Source: an uncultured delta proteobacterium
Lineage (GTDB): Bacteria; Myxococcota_A; Polyangia; Polyangiales; Houyiibacteriaceae
Assembly (NCBI GenBank): GCA_963699755.1
Contig: CAVOVB010000003.1
Span: 1-64,000, forward strand
Direction of reading: 5' to 3'
Length of the DNA stretch: 64,000 bases
In this document: positions 1-7,951 of the stretch, one piece after another
Numbering within the stretch: position 1 is the first letter of the stretch
How the letters are laid out: every line of letters starts with the position of its first letter
Position numbers and translations under genes: made by a program
The notes under the pieces: generated by a model
Seen by the model: the letters and a program-made list of their open reading frames with translations, nothing else
Database searches by the model: none
What the model was told of the DNA's origin: nothing

Positions 1-18
1 AATCCGGCCCCCGCAACC
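1..18 (+). tRNA. 3' end of initiator tRNA-Met (partial, window edge); also the attL core GGCCCCCGCAACC (6-18)
   Basis: AATCCGGCCCCCGCAACC matches the T-arm/acceptor end of bacterial tRNA-fMet; longer copies at 22735, 25634 and 45411 carry the CAT anticodon loop. Cannot tell whether this copy is the intact gene. Confidence 0.75.
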
Positions 19-1685
19 CACAGCGTTGACCGCTCTTCAAGGCCCTCGGTTTGCACCGGGGGCTTTGTCGTTCCGCCAAAGAAAAGGGCGCCTCCGCGAA
101 CGGTCCAGCGGGCCCGATAGCGCCCGTCTTCGAGGGGGTGGAGCTCAACGCCATCGTCGAGCAGATGCTTGAGCGCTTCTCGCGCGTCCTTGGGGCTCTT
201 GTCGAAGAGCGCACCGAGGTCACGAATCCGTGCGACGACGTCCTCGGGCCCGGGTAGGTCGAGTGGCGCGAGCATCGCTCCGAGCTCTTCGACTCGGCGA
301 CCTTGTCTGCTGGCGAGGACTTCGAGCTCGCGGATCTTCTCGAGGATGCTAGCCGGCGCCGTCCCGGTGGAGGCGAGGTCGACGAGGTTGTCGATCTTGG
401 CTCGAGTCGTGGCAAGCGCCGTTTCGGCCCCGGCGCGCTCGTCGGGGACGGTGCGCTGCACCCTCGCGAGCTCAGCTCGGGCCGTCTCGATGAGATGTGC
501 GACGACCTCGGGCCGATTGAAATACAGGAGCATCGCGGACGTGAAGGCCTCTCGTAGGGCGTCTTCCATCACCGTGTGGGAGTTGTCACACGATCCACCG
601 TTGCCGCGGCTGGCATCACATCGGTAGCGAGGCTTTTGCGTCTTCTCGATCACCATCGGGCCGCCACAGACACCGCAGCGGATCAAGGTAGACAGAGGGT
701 AGACCCGGCGCGCGGTGCTGGCCCCGCCTTTGCGGCAATAGGCGGATCGGCCAAGGGCCGCGTACCGCTTTCGGGCTTCGTCGTTGCGTGCTTGGACGAG
801 GGACCAGGTCTGTTCGTCCACGATGCGGAGCTCGGGCAGCTCGACCTCGACCATCGGAGACTCGCCTGGGCGCACGACGCGCTTGCCCGTCGTGGGGCTC
901 TTCTTCCAAGCGCGGGCGCCGAAGGTCCAGCGGCCAGCGTACTTCGAGTTCTGGAGCATCGAGCGGACTCCGGACATGGCCCACCCGTTGCGCCGTTTTC
1001 GCGAATCCTTCTGTCGTCCTCGAGGTGGGGGCACCCCTTCGTCGTTGAGGGTCTTGGCGATGTCCCGGTAGCTCCGCCCAGCGGCTCTCATCTGGAAGAT
1101 GCGTTGAACGACCGTCGCTTGCGCCGCCATGATGACCGGGACTTTCCCGTGACCGTCCGCCGCAGCCGTCGACGTGTACCCGTAGGGCAGGGCTCCCGTC
1201 ACCCGTCCGATCTGGGCCCGGTCTCGGAGACCCCGGCTCGTTTTGTCCCCCAAGTCTTTGAGGTACTGTTCGCTCAGGATGGATTTCACGCCGTAGAGGA
1301 GGTCACCCCCATTACCCAGGGTGTCGATGCCGTCGGCGATTCCAATGAGCCGCACCCCCGAAAACGCGAACCGCTTCCGGATGGACGCGGAGTGCTCGAT
1401 GTCTCGAGAGAGGCGCGAGAGGTCTTCCACGACGACTATGTCGAGCTCCCCGGAGTCCACCGCCGCCATGAGCGAAATCAGCCCCGGCCGCTGATTCGTG
1501 GCGCCGCTGATGCCTTCGTCGCGATAGGTGTGCTCGGGGCAGAGCTGACCACCCCGTGCCTCCACCCACTGCCGAAGACGCGCAATCTGCGCGGACGCGC
1601 TTGTCTCCGATTGCTTGTCCGACGAAAACCGGGCGTAGGCGCCGATCCTCAGTCCTGCGAGTTGTCGGTCCATCGCAGGGCGCAT
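1..1685 (-). CDS. Large serine recombinase (resolvase + recombinase + Zn-ribbon + coiled coil); runs off the window through the att core
   Basis: Manual translation (absent from the ORF track as no stop in window): MRPAMDRQLAGLRIGAYARFSS..DEGISG..RPGL..EDLSRLSRD..LPYGY..CGVCGGPM..YRC..LEERSTLWVAGAG; AAGGA RBS upstream. Confidence 0.93.
   Translation of the reverse strand, partial: MRPAMDRQLAGLRIGAYARFSSDKQSETSASAQIARLRQWVEARGGQLCPEHTYRDEGISGATNQRPGLISLMAAVDSGELDIVVVEDLSRLSRDIEHSASIRKRFAFSGVRLIGIADGIDTLGNGGDLLYGVKSILSEQYLKDLGDKTSRGLRDRAQIGRVTGALPYGYTSTAAADGHGKVPVIMAAQATVVQRIFQMRAAGRSYRDIAKTLNDEGVPPPRGRQKDSRKRRNGWAMSGVRSMLQNSKYAGRWTFGARAWKKSPTTGKRVVRPGESPMVEVELPELRIVDEQTWSLVQARNDEARKRYAALGRSAYCRKGGASTARRVYPLSTLIRCGVCGGPMVIEKTQKPRYRCDASRGNGGSCDNSHTVMEDALREAFTSAMLLYFNRPEVVAHLIETARAELARVQRTVPDERAGAETALATTRAKIDNLVDLASTGTAPASILEKIRELEVLASRQGRRVEELGAMLAPLDLPGPEDVVARIRDLGALFDKSPKDAREALKHLLDDGVELHPLEDGRYRARWTVRGGALFFGGTTKPPVQTEGLEERSTLWVAGAG
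42..67 (+). terminator. Terminator-like hairpin in LSR left arm, downstream of tRNA end
   Basis: GCCCTCGGT-TTGC-ACCGGGGGC-TTTGT; also at ~25890 and ~32432. Confidence 0.5.
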
Positions 1686-1686
1686 C

Positions 1687-1869
1687 CTATCGTTCCTTGA
1701 TCAGACTTGCCACCGCCGAGCGCACCAGGATCGTCAGCGCGTGCCGCTCGGGCGCGGAGAGCCGCTGGTGCGGACGCGGGGCGTTGAATCGGTTGCCTTG
1801 CTCGCCCTGGTCCTTCGGCAGGCGGCGTGATGTGCGCGTAGGTTGGCTTGTGCGAGGCGTTCCGGCCAT
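1687..1869 (-). CDS. Small protein upstream of LSR, candidate directionality factor
   Basis: 60 aa, stop abuts LSR start; same position as xis in the tyrosine element; no recognisable motif. Confidence 0.35.
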   Translation of the reverse strand: MAGTPRTSQPTRTSRRLPKDQGEQGNRFNAPRPHQRLSAPERHALTILVRSAVASLIKER

Positions 1870-1974
1870 TCCCCGTTATCGGTTTTGCCCCCGAAAAAGT
1901 TGCTCGAGCCACCCAGTGGGCTCCGTAGCGTTTTCTGTCGCAAAGTGGCGCACAGTGATTCGTCATGCCGCACT

Positions 1975-2230
1975 TTGCATCCTTTTGCTCAATTGTGATT
2001 CGCTCTGACTCAAAATGGAGAACTTTGCTTCGTTTCGCGTCAGAAGGATTCACTTTGCTTCAGAGTTGCGCAGAAGGATCCAAAATTGTTCATCGTGCGG
2101 CAAAAGAGGTCACGACTTGTTCGGGCAAGGCATAGTTTTGGCAGACACCAAAAACTGCGCGGCACTCGCTTCGGGTCTTCGTCCCGAGTTCGACCGTGGT
2201 TGCTGCGCTCAACGCCTTCGGCTTATTCGC
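1975..2230 (+). repeat. Origin-like backbone module copy 1 (short direct repeats + oriT-like IR/nic)
   Basis: GGGCAAGGCATAGTTTTGGCAGACACCAAAAACT at 2123-2156; inverted homologue 4182-4436; homologue 19678-19792. Confidence 0.8.
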
Positions 2231-2505
2231 ACCCGGCCGATCGCGATTGCACTGCTGACATCGACTGACTACCAGCGCCAGCGGCTGCATCAATGATGGT
2301 GCGGTGATCGGATCTCGTTGGCTGTCAACGCACAAAGCGAACCAGTGAAGAATTACGTATGGCGCATTCTTTTCGCGAGCCGAGGCAGTCTGTGAGGCTG
2401 CAAGGCGCATGACTTGCTGGAAAAGCACGGCATGTAGCACGTGGCACGCTTGATGCATGGAGATTGCCTCAATAGCGCTCTGCGCTCGAATCCGGGAGGT
2501 GGACC

Positions 2506-3087
2506 ATGCGTGACGCATTCGGATTTCTAGGTGCCTTGGCACTGAGCCTGATGCTGTCCCTTGGGTGCAGTGAAGGCGGCGGCGAAGGCGGCAGTGGTGG
2601 CACGGCTGGAAGCGGTGGCACGGCTGGAAGCGGTGGCACGGGCGGCATGCCCGAATGTCAGTGCGACTTCGGGAGCGACTGCCTGAGGGGTGGTGCTTGT
2701 CGGGTACTTAGTTGCGTCGGTGAGGACGACGAAACCCCTTGCATCTGGACTTTTATTGGCTCTGGCTGGTACCCTGGTCTTTGCGTCGGTGGCACATGCG
2801 AGCGTGCCGTGGAGGATTGCACCGGCCAGGAGGACAGCACGGCATGTAGTGCGTTCGATGGCGCGGAGGCCTATTGTCGGCTGGAGCAATGCGCCACGAA
2901 TGAGTGCACCGGCCTGGAGGACAGAACCTATTGCGTGTTCGCCGTACTCGGCGACGGGACATTGGGCGTTTGCGAGACTGGCAAGTGCACGAAGCCAGAG
3001 GATTGCGCCGGCCTTGTCGACGGCTGGGATTGCCTAGACGTCGAAGTCGGTGTTTGCGAAGGTGGCGAATGCATCACTGCTCCGTAG
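2506..3087 (+). CDS. Cys-rich lipoprotein with Gly/Ser linker
   Basis: GGAGG RBS, lipobox LSLGC, GGTAGS 18-bp repeats, Cys-rich repeats. Confidence 0.85.
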   Translation: MRDAFGFLGALALSLMLSLGCSEGGGEGGSGGTAGSGGTAGSGGTGGMPECQCDFGSDCLRGGACRVLSCVGEDDETPCIWTFIGSGWYPGLCVGGTCERAVEDCTGQEDSTACSAFDGAEAYCRLEQCATNECTGLEDRTYCVFAVLGDGTLGVCETGKCTKPEDCAGLVDGWDCLDVEVGVCEGGECITAP

Positions 3088-3274
3088 TGCGTCCAACCGG
3101 CGCGGACGTGGGTGCGTTTGAGGTGCAGCCGTGGCCGCGCACCGGCTGCGCACCGACGCCCCAAACGCAAGACTTGCGCGTCGCGGAAACGGAAACCGCT
3201 GCGAAAACGGGCTGGCACGGCTGATGCTTCCCCTTAGCGCAGTGGCGCTCTGCGCCGAGCCAGGGAGGTGGGTT

Positions 3275-4096
3275 ATGCGTTACGCATTTGGTTTGCTCTG
3301 CGTCTGCACGCTGGGCCTCGTGCCTTTCGTAGGGTGCGGTGACGCCAATGGTGGTGGCGGCGGTAGCGGCGGCTCGGCCGGAACGGGCGGCGTGGGCGAG
3401 CCTGTGCGTGTCGCCTTCATCGGGGACTCGATCACCGAGCGCGTGGGGACGGTGGATGACCCTGTGAACTACCCGGAGCATCTGGAGACGCTTCTCGGAG
3501 ATGACTTCGATCTAGGCAACTTCGGCTATGGCGGCGCCACGATGAGCCATGGCGGAGGGTTCTTTTCCTATTGGAACCTCCCCGTGTATGCCGAGGCGAA
3601 GGAGTTTGAAGCGGACATCGCCACGATCATGCTCGGCACCAACGACACCAAGCCTCAGGTGTGGGACGCGACCGCGTTTGAGTCGGACTACAATGACATG
3701 ATCGAAGAGCTGCAAGACCTGCCCTCCAATCCCACGATCGTGCTCCTGCTACCAGCGCCGGTTTTTGGTGACAATGAGTTCGACATTCGAGGCGATGTTT
3801 TGCGAGACGAGGTGATTCCGATCATCGAATCACTGGGAGCGGAGCACGCGCTCAACGTCGTCGATCTCTACACTCCTCTTCTCGACCAGGGCGAGCTTTT
3901 CCCCGATAACGTTCATCCCACCGCTGAAGGTGGCTTGCTCATCGCACAGCAGCTGGTCGCTCCACTCGAGGCGGCCGCGAAAGCTCGCGGGTTCGAGTTG
4001 GCGGATGAGGAGCAACACGCCGCGACCCTTCCCCAAGAAGCGAAGCACGAAGTGGGGCCGCTACGCGACGTGGGTGCGTTTGAGGTGCAGCCGTAG
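3275..4096 (+). CDS. SGNH/GDSL hydrolase lipoprotein
   Basis: FIGDSIT, GNFGYGG, MLGTND, DNVHP blocks; lipobox FVGC; start at MRYAF after GGAGG. Confidence 0.9.
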   Translation: MRYAFGLLCVCTLGLVPFVGCGDANGGGGGSGGSAGTGGVGEPVRVAFIGDSITERVGTVDDPVNYPEHLETLLGDDFDLGNFGYGGATMSHGGGFFSYWNLPVYAEAKEFEADIATIMLGTNDTKPQVWDATAFESDYNDMIEELQDLPSNPTIVLLLPAPVFGDNEFDIRGDVLRDEVIPIIESLGAEHALNVVDLYTPLLDQGELFPDNVHPTAEGGLLIAQQLVAPLEAAAKARGFELADEEQHAATLPQEAKHEVGPLRDVGAFEVQP

Positions 4097-4181
4097 CGCA
4101 CCAAATCAAGGCAGGGGCAGCGACCTTCAGATCACTTCTGGGGTCGCCGTCTTCATTGTGAGCTCGACTCTGTCGCAGCGC

Positions 4182-4436
4182 GCGAATGAGCCGAAGGCGT
4201 TGAGCGCGCGACTCGCGCGACCGCTCGCGCGATCAGCGGGAGAAAGAAGCGCGTGCAGTTTTGTTGGCAGACAAAACTATCCCTTGCCCGAACAGAGTCT
4301 GGTTCCTTTTGACGCACGATGAACAATTTTGGAGCCTAATGCCCAACTCTGAAGCAAAGCGACTCCTATTGAATCGAAATGACGCAACCTGGAGCAGAAT
4401 GAGTCAGACCGAAGCACTTTCGTGCAAAACGATGCA
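4182..4436 (-). repeat. Origin-like backbone module copy 2 (inverted)
   Basis: Reverse-complement similarity to 1975-2230, including AGTTTTG-N8-CAAAACTATCCCTTGCCC. Confidence 0.8.
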
Positions 4437-4647
4437 GTATGAGGCAGAAGAGAGCAGAACGAGTCACTATGCATCAAAACGCGTCAGCAAAATGATGCAG
4501 CGACTCGAACTACTTCTTGAAGCGCGCAGTCGTGGGGCGTCCCAGGGATCTAGTCGACGTGACGCGTCTCGAGACGATAAGCGAGGAGAAGCGCTGCCAG
4601 AGACGGCCCGCCCCGGTTCAGCAGGATTCCATGCGTTCTTCGACCAG

Positions 4648-4722
4648 TTACGCGGCGATCACCACTTCCATCGGCAGCCCGAATTCCAGCGGACAACGCT
4701 GTGCGTATCGGGCCCCCGCAAC
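4648..4722 (-). repeat. LSR attR arm copy 1, encodes VAGARYAQRCPLEFGLPMEVVIAA*
   Basis: 75-bp repeat ending in tRNA core; stop TAA. Confidence 0.92.
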
Positions 4723-4733
4723 CAAGGAAGTCA

Positions 4734-4768
4734 GGCACTTAGCGAACTGGCTAGGTGCCTTTCTTTTT
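4734..4768 (+). terminator. Terminator in tyrosine-integrase left arm
   Basis: GGCACTTAGC-N6-GCTAGGTGCC-TTTCTTTTT; copies at 17953, 40266, 49849. Confidence 0.7.
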
Positions 4769-5078
4769 GCTCGTTGACGCGTGGTTGACATGAGGTGGTG
4801 CGAGCGGCGCCAACGCCTCGACCAAACGTCGTTGGGCACCCGATCCGAGGTGCGCGTACATGTGCGTGCTTTGCTCGGAGCGATGCCCGAGCTGGGCTTG
4901 TACGGCCTTGATCGAATGGCCTCCGGTGACCGCTTGGCTGGCGATCGAGTGGCCTCCGAGGGCGTGGTGACTGAGCGGCCGAAGGCCAAGCATGCGCTGT
5001 ACTTCGCGGGCCGGCCGCTTGTAGCCAGCGATGTAGCGAGGGAACGTGCCGTCTTTGCTGAAGAGGAACTCGGGCCCG
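4751..5078 (-). pseudogene. C-terminal remnant of tyrosine integrase
   Basis: GPEFLFSKDG..HHALGGHS..LGHRSEQSTHMYAHL..KKKGT*, very similar to 17970-19058 but truncated, catalytic Arg changed to Gly. Confidence 0.9.
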
Positions 5079-5128
5079 GTCCGAGCGGCACCCTGCTCGT
5101 CGCGCCGAAACATCGTACCCTGGCGTTC

Positions 5129-6022
5129 ATGACGGCAGAAGATCACATGGGCTCGGTGGCGGAGCTCTGGCGGTTTCCAGTGAAGTCGATGGGCGGAGAG
5201 CGGCTCCGCGAGGCCGACATCGATGGTGGCGCTTTGCGAGGTGACCGCGCGTACGCCCTGATCGAAAAGGAGACTGGAAAGGTGGTTAGCGCCAAGAGCG
5301 CCAAGCTCTTTCCGGACTTGCTCGATTGCCGCGCCGAGTTCCTCGAGCCGCCGCGCCGCGGCGGTGTCATTCCGCCGGTCCGGATCACGCTTCCAAACGG
5401 AATCTGGGCGACGAGCGAAACCGACGAAGCCGACCGGGCGCTGTCGGAGTATTTCGGGCGCGAGGTCACGCTCGCACGCGCTGCGCCTTCCGATTTCACC
5501 ATCGACCAGTACCACCCCGACGTCGAAGGGGCCGACCCCAGTGGCCGCCGGGACACCACGAGTGACCAGAAGCTTGGCTCGGCCTTCTTCAGCGAAATGG
5601 GGATGGACTCGCCCGTGCCCGAGGGTGCTTTCTTCGACTTGTTCCCGCTGTCACTGATCGCCACCTCGACGCTCGAACGACTCGGCGAGCTCGCACCGCA
5701 GAGCCAATTCGACGCGCGACGCTTCCGGATGAATCTGACCATCGCCACCGAGTCAGACGGATTCGTCGAAAACGGCTGGGTGGGAAGGGAGCTCGCCATC
5801 GGCGACTCGGTGATGCTCCACGTGGCCATGCCGGATCCCCGTTGCGTCATGACGACCCTCGCTCAAGGGAATCTTCCGAAGGACAGCGACATCCTCAAGA
5901 CACTTGCCCAGCACAACCGCCTCGACGTGGGCGGAGGCGCCCGCTTTCCATGCGCAGGCGCCTACGCCGTGACAATCGTTACCGGGACGCTGCGCGTCGG
6001 CGACCCGGTGATTCTTCGTTGA
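5129..6022 (+). CDS. MOSC domain protein
   Basis: LWRFPVKSMGGE, RRFRMNL, PRCVMTT motifs; start trimmed to MTAED. Confidence 0.9.
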   Translation: MTAEDHMGSVAELWRFPVKSMGGERLREADIDGGALRGDRAYALIEKETGKVVSAKSAKLFPDLLDCRAEFLEPPRRGGVIPPVRITLPNGIWATSETDEADRALSEYFGREVTLARAAPSDFTIDQYHPDVEGADPSGRRDTTSDQKLGSAFFSEMGMDSPVPEGAFFDLFPLSLIATSTLERLGELAPQSQFDARRFRMNLTIATESDGFVENGWVGRELAIGDSVMLHVAMPDPRCVMTTLAQGNLPKDSDILKTLAQHNRLDVGGGARFPCAGAYAVTIVTGTLRVGDPVILR

Positions 6023-6193
6023 CCGACCAGTCGGCCAAAGGGCCGCCGGCCTGTTCTTGGGGCTCAGTCGGTTCGTTGCCTTGCATGCAAGCGGGGAGCT
6101 GGCCGAGCGCCGCGGACTCCGGGAGGGCTCCCAGCACAGGTTGCTCAGTGTGCTTCTGGTTCTCTTGAGGAGGTCATCATGAAGAGTGTTCCA

Positions 6194-6649
6194 TCATTTG
6201 ATCCCTGCGCCGGAGGCGCGCCTCAGAAAACCGACGACGAGCAGCGCCCACGCGATGATCAGCCCCAATCCCGCGGTGATGTGCGTGAGTGTGACGACGA
6301 GCTCCTGCCATGGTTCGCCGCCCGTGACGCCTGCCTGACTTGCAGCAATAGGCAACGTCTGCGTCGTTCCCCACCAAGAATTCGCTACTTCGGACATCGC
6401 CATGGCCCACGTCAACCAAGCCGCCACCACCATCACCCAGACGGACTTGAGCCCGACACTGTGCGGGAGCGTCAGCATCGCAGTCGCCAGGACAATGAAC
6501 AGCATGCCGTTCGTTACGAGCTGGATGTGAGCCCCAAGCGCGAGCCTTGGGTGTGGAGTTCCAGGGATGGCAAGGCCCCACACCAATCCGACCAGCACGA
6601 GAACCATGCCGTGAATCAGAATCTGCCGACTGCCACTGTGAACGCTCAT
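6194..6649 (-). CDS. Membrane protein, styrene-oxide-isomerase (StyC)-like
   Basis: HG-x-VL first helix, PRLALGAH..NG motif, 4 hydrophobic segments. Confidence 0.6.
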   Translation of the reverse strand: MSVHSGSRQILIHGMVLVLVGLVWGLAIPGTPHPRLALGAHIQLVTNGMLFIVLATAMLTLPHSVGLKSVWVMVVAAWLTWAMAMSEVANSWWGTTQTLPIAASQAGVTGGEPWQELVVTLTHITAGLGLIIAWALLVVGFLRRASGAGIK

Positions 6650-6814
6650 CGATGCTGCCCTCTCTGTGCTTGGCGCTGCGCCGAGCCGGCCGAACCGCTC
6701 GCGGCTCACCTGCGGCCGCCCGCGCGAATATGCCACGACGGCGGCCGGGAGCATAGTCGGCATGAACGCCTGGTGACCACGGGTCAGCAAGCCTCCCTTG
6801 CGTTCTTCGACCAG

Positions 6815-6889
6815 CTACGCGGCGATCACCACCTCCATGGGCAGCCCAAACTCCACCGGACAACGCTGTGCGTATCGGGCCCCCGCAAC
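6815..6889 (-). repeat. LSR attR arm copy 2 (..RYAQRCPVEFGLPMEVVIAA*)
   Basis: Mostly synonymous differences from copy 1; stop TAG. Confidence 0.92.
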
Positions 6890-7163
6890 TAATCATAACG
6901 AGCAGTTAGCGATCATACGCTCTCTGCTCGTTTTTTCTTTTTGACGCGTATTTGACATCAGCAATCTCGACGTGAGTCAAAACGCAGTCTGCATCGCGCA
7001 GCAGCGGTCAACTTTCCAAGCTTTTTCGCAGCTGGAGTTCGAGGAACGCGCGTCCTCCCGGGTGCATAACCCGAAGGTCGGGCGTGTCACTAAGTGCTGC
7101 GATTCGCGGGAGACGAAACGCGCGAGTCTCCGCGACCTTCGGGCAGAAGACCCGAAGGTCGCG
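6890..7163 (+). repeat. Integrase-less left arm ('type 3') copy 1: terminator, TTGAC direct repeats, symmetric core-like sites
   Basis: Homologous to 38142-38402; AACGAGCAG..CTGCTCGTT-T-tract at 6897-6942. Confidence 0.8.
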
Positions 7164-7349
7164 AACGTGTACCTCGGGCGAGGAACCCGACAGTCCCAGT
7201 AAGGACTGTTCCGGCGCTCGCTGGCCAAAGCGAACGGCGATCGGGATGCGCGACCCTTGTCTGCTAGCCACGCGCACAGGGTTCACGACGGAGCGGACAA
7301 ACTCTCTAGGGATCCGTTCACAACCATCGGACAGTGGCTCAAGAAAAAC

Positions 7350-7725
7350 GCGTTGCTGCGCGATCGAGCTGCTTCCCGACGCGCAGCAGCGCCAAGTGCT
7401 GCGCCTGATGTACGTCGATGGTTTGGCGCAGAGTGAGGTTTGCGAAGTGCTCCAACTCAGCAAGACCCGCATCTCACGCTTTCACAGCGCGGGCGTCGAG
7501 ACGGTGCAGAAGCTGCTGCTCCTAGGAAGCGCTCTCGAAGAGGAACACGTCGCAAAGAGTGTGGCGCAGCTCTCCGAACGGCGTCCCAAGGAGCTACTCC
7601 TCGCACTTTATAGAGATCGGCTCGACTACCCGAGTGCCCGATCCAAGCTCGGCGTTGCAGCGACGGAGCTTGAGGAACTTCATCAAGCCGCGCTTGAGGT
7701 CCTACTCCAACACCGTCGAAGTTAG
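7350..7725 (+). pseudogene. Sigma-70 region-4 HTH fragment
   Basis: AIELLPDAQQRQVLRLMYVDGLAQSEVCEVLQLSKTRISRFH plus second degenerate HTH; no credible start. Confidence 0.6.
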
Positions 7726-7951
7726 TTGCAGCGTTTCTGCCCGGACCATGCGCCCGTGACTGCGTTTGTTTGCCAGTCTCCTGGCCCATCGGGCTCATGC
7801 TGAGCGCTGATGTCAAAACCAGACGTTCGTGTCCGGTGGTTCTGCCAAGCACAGATGTCCGCTTCCAGATGGGGACCGTGGGGCAGGGGGCGTTTGTTCT
7901 TCCTAGGCTCTGACCACTGGCTGCAGTTGCGAAGCTCCTCAAGTTGGTCCC

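Larger units (their letters stand above)
6..4723. mobile_element. ~4.7-kb LSR integrative element (attL 6-33, attR 4689-4723)
   Basis: Direct 13-bp core at 6-18 and 4711-4723; joined ends restore a symmetric attP and the LSR frame to a stop. Confidence 0.85.

Noticed and set aside
576..1700. 374-aa plus-strand ORF
   Set aside because: Antisense shadow of the LSR.
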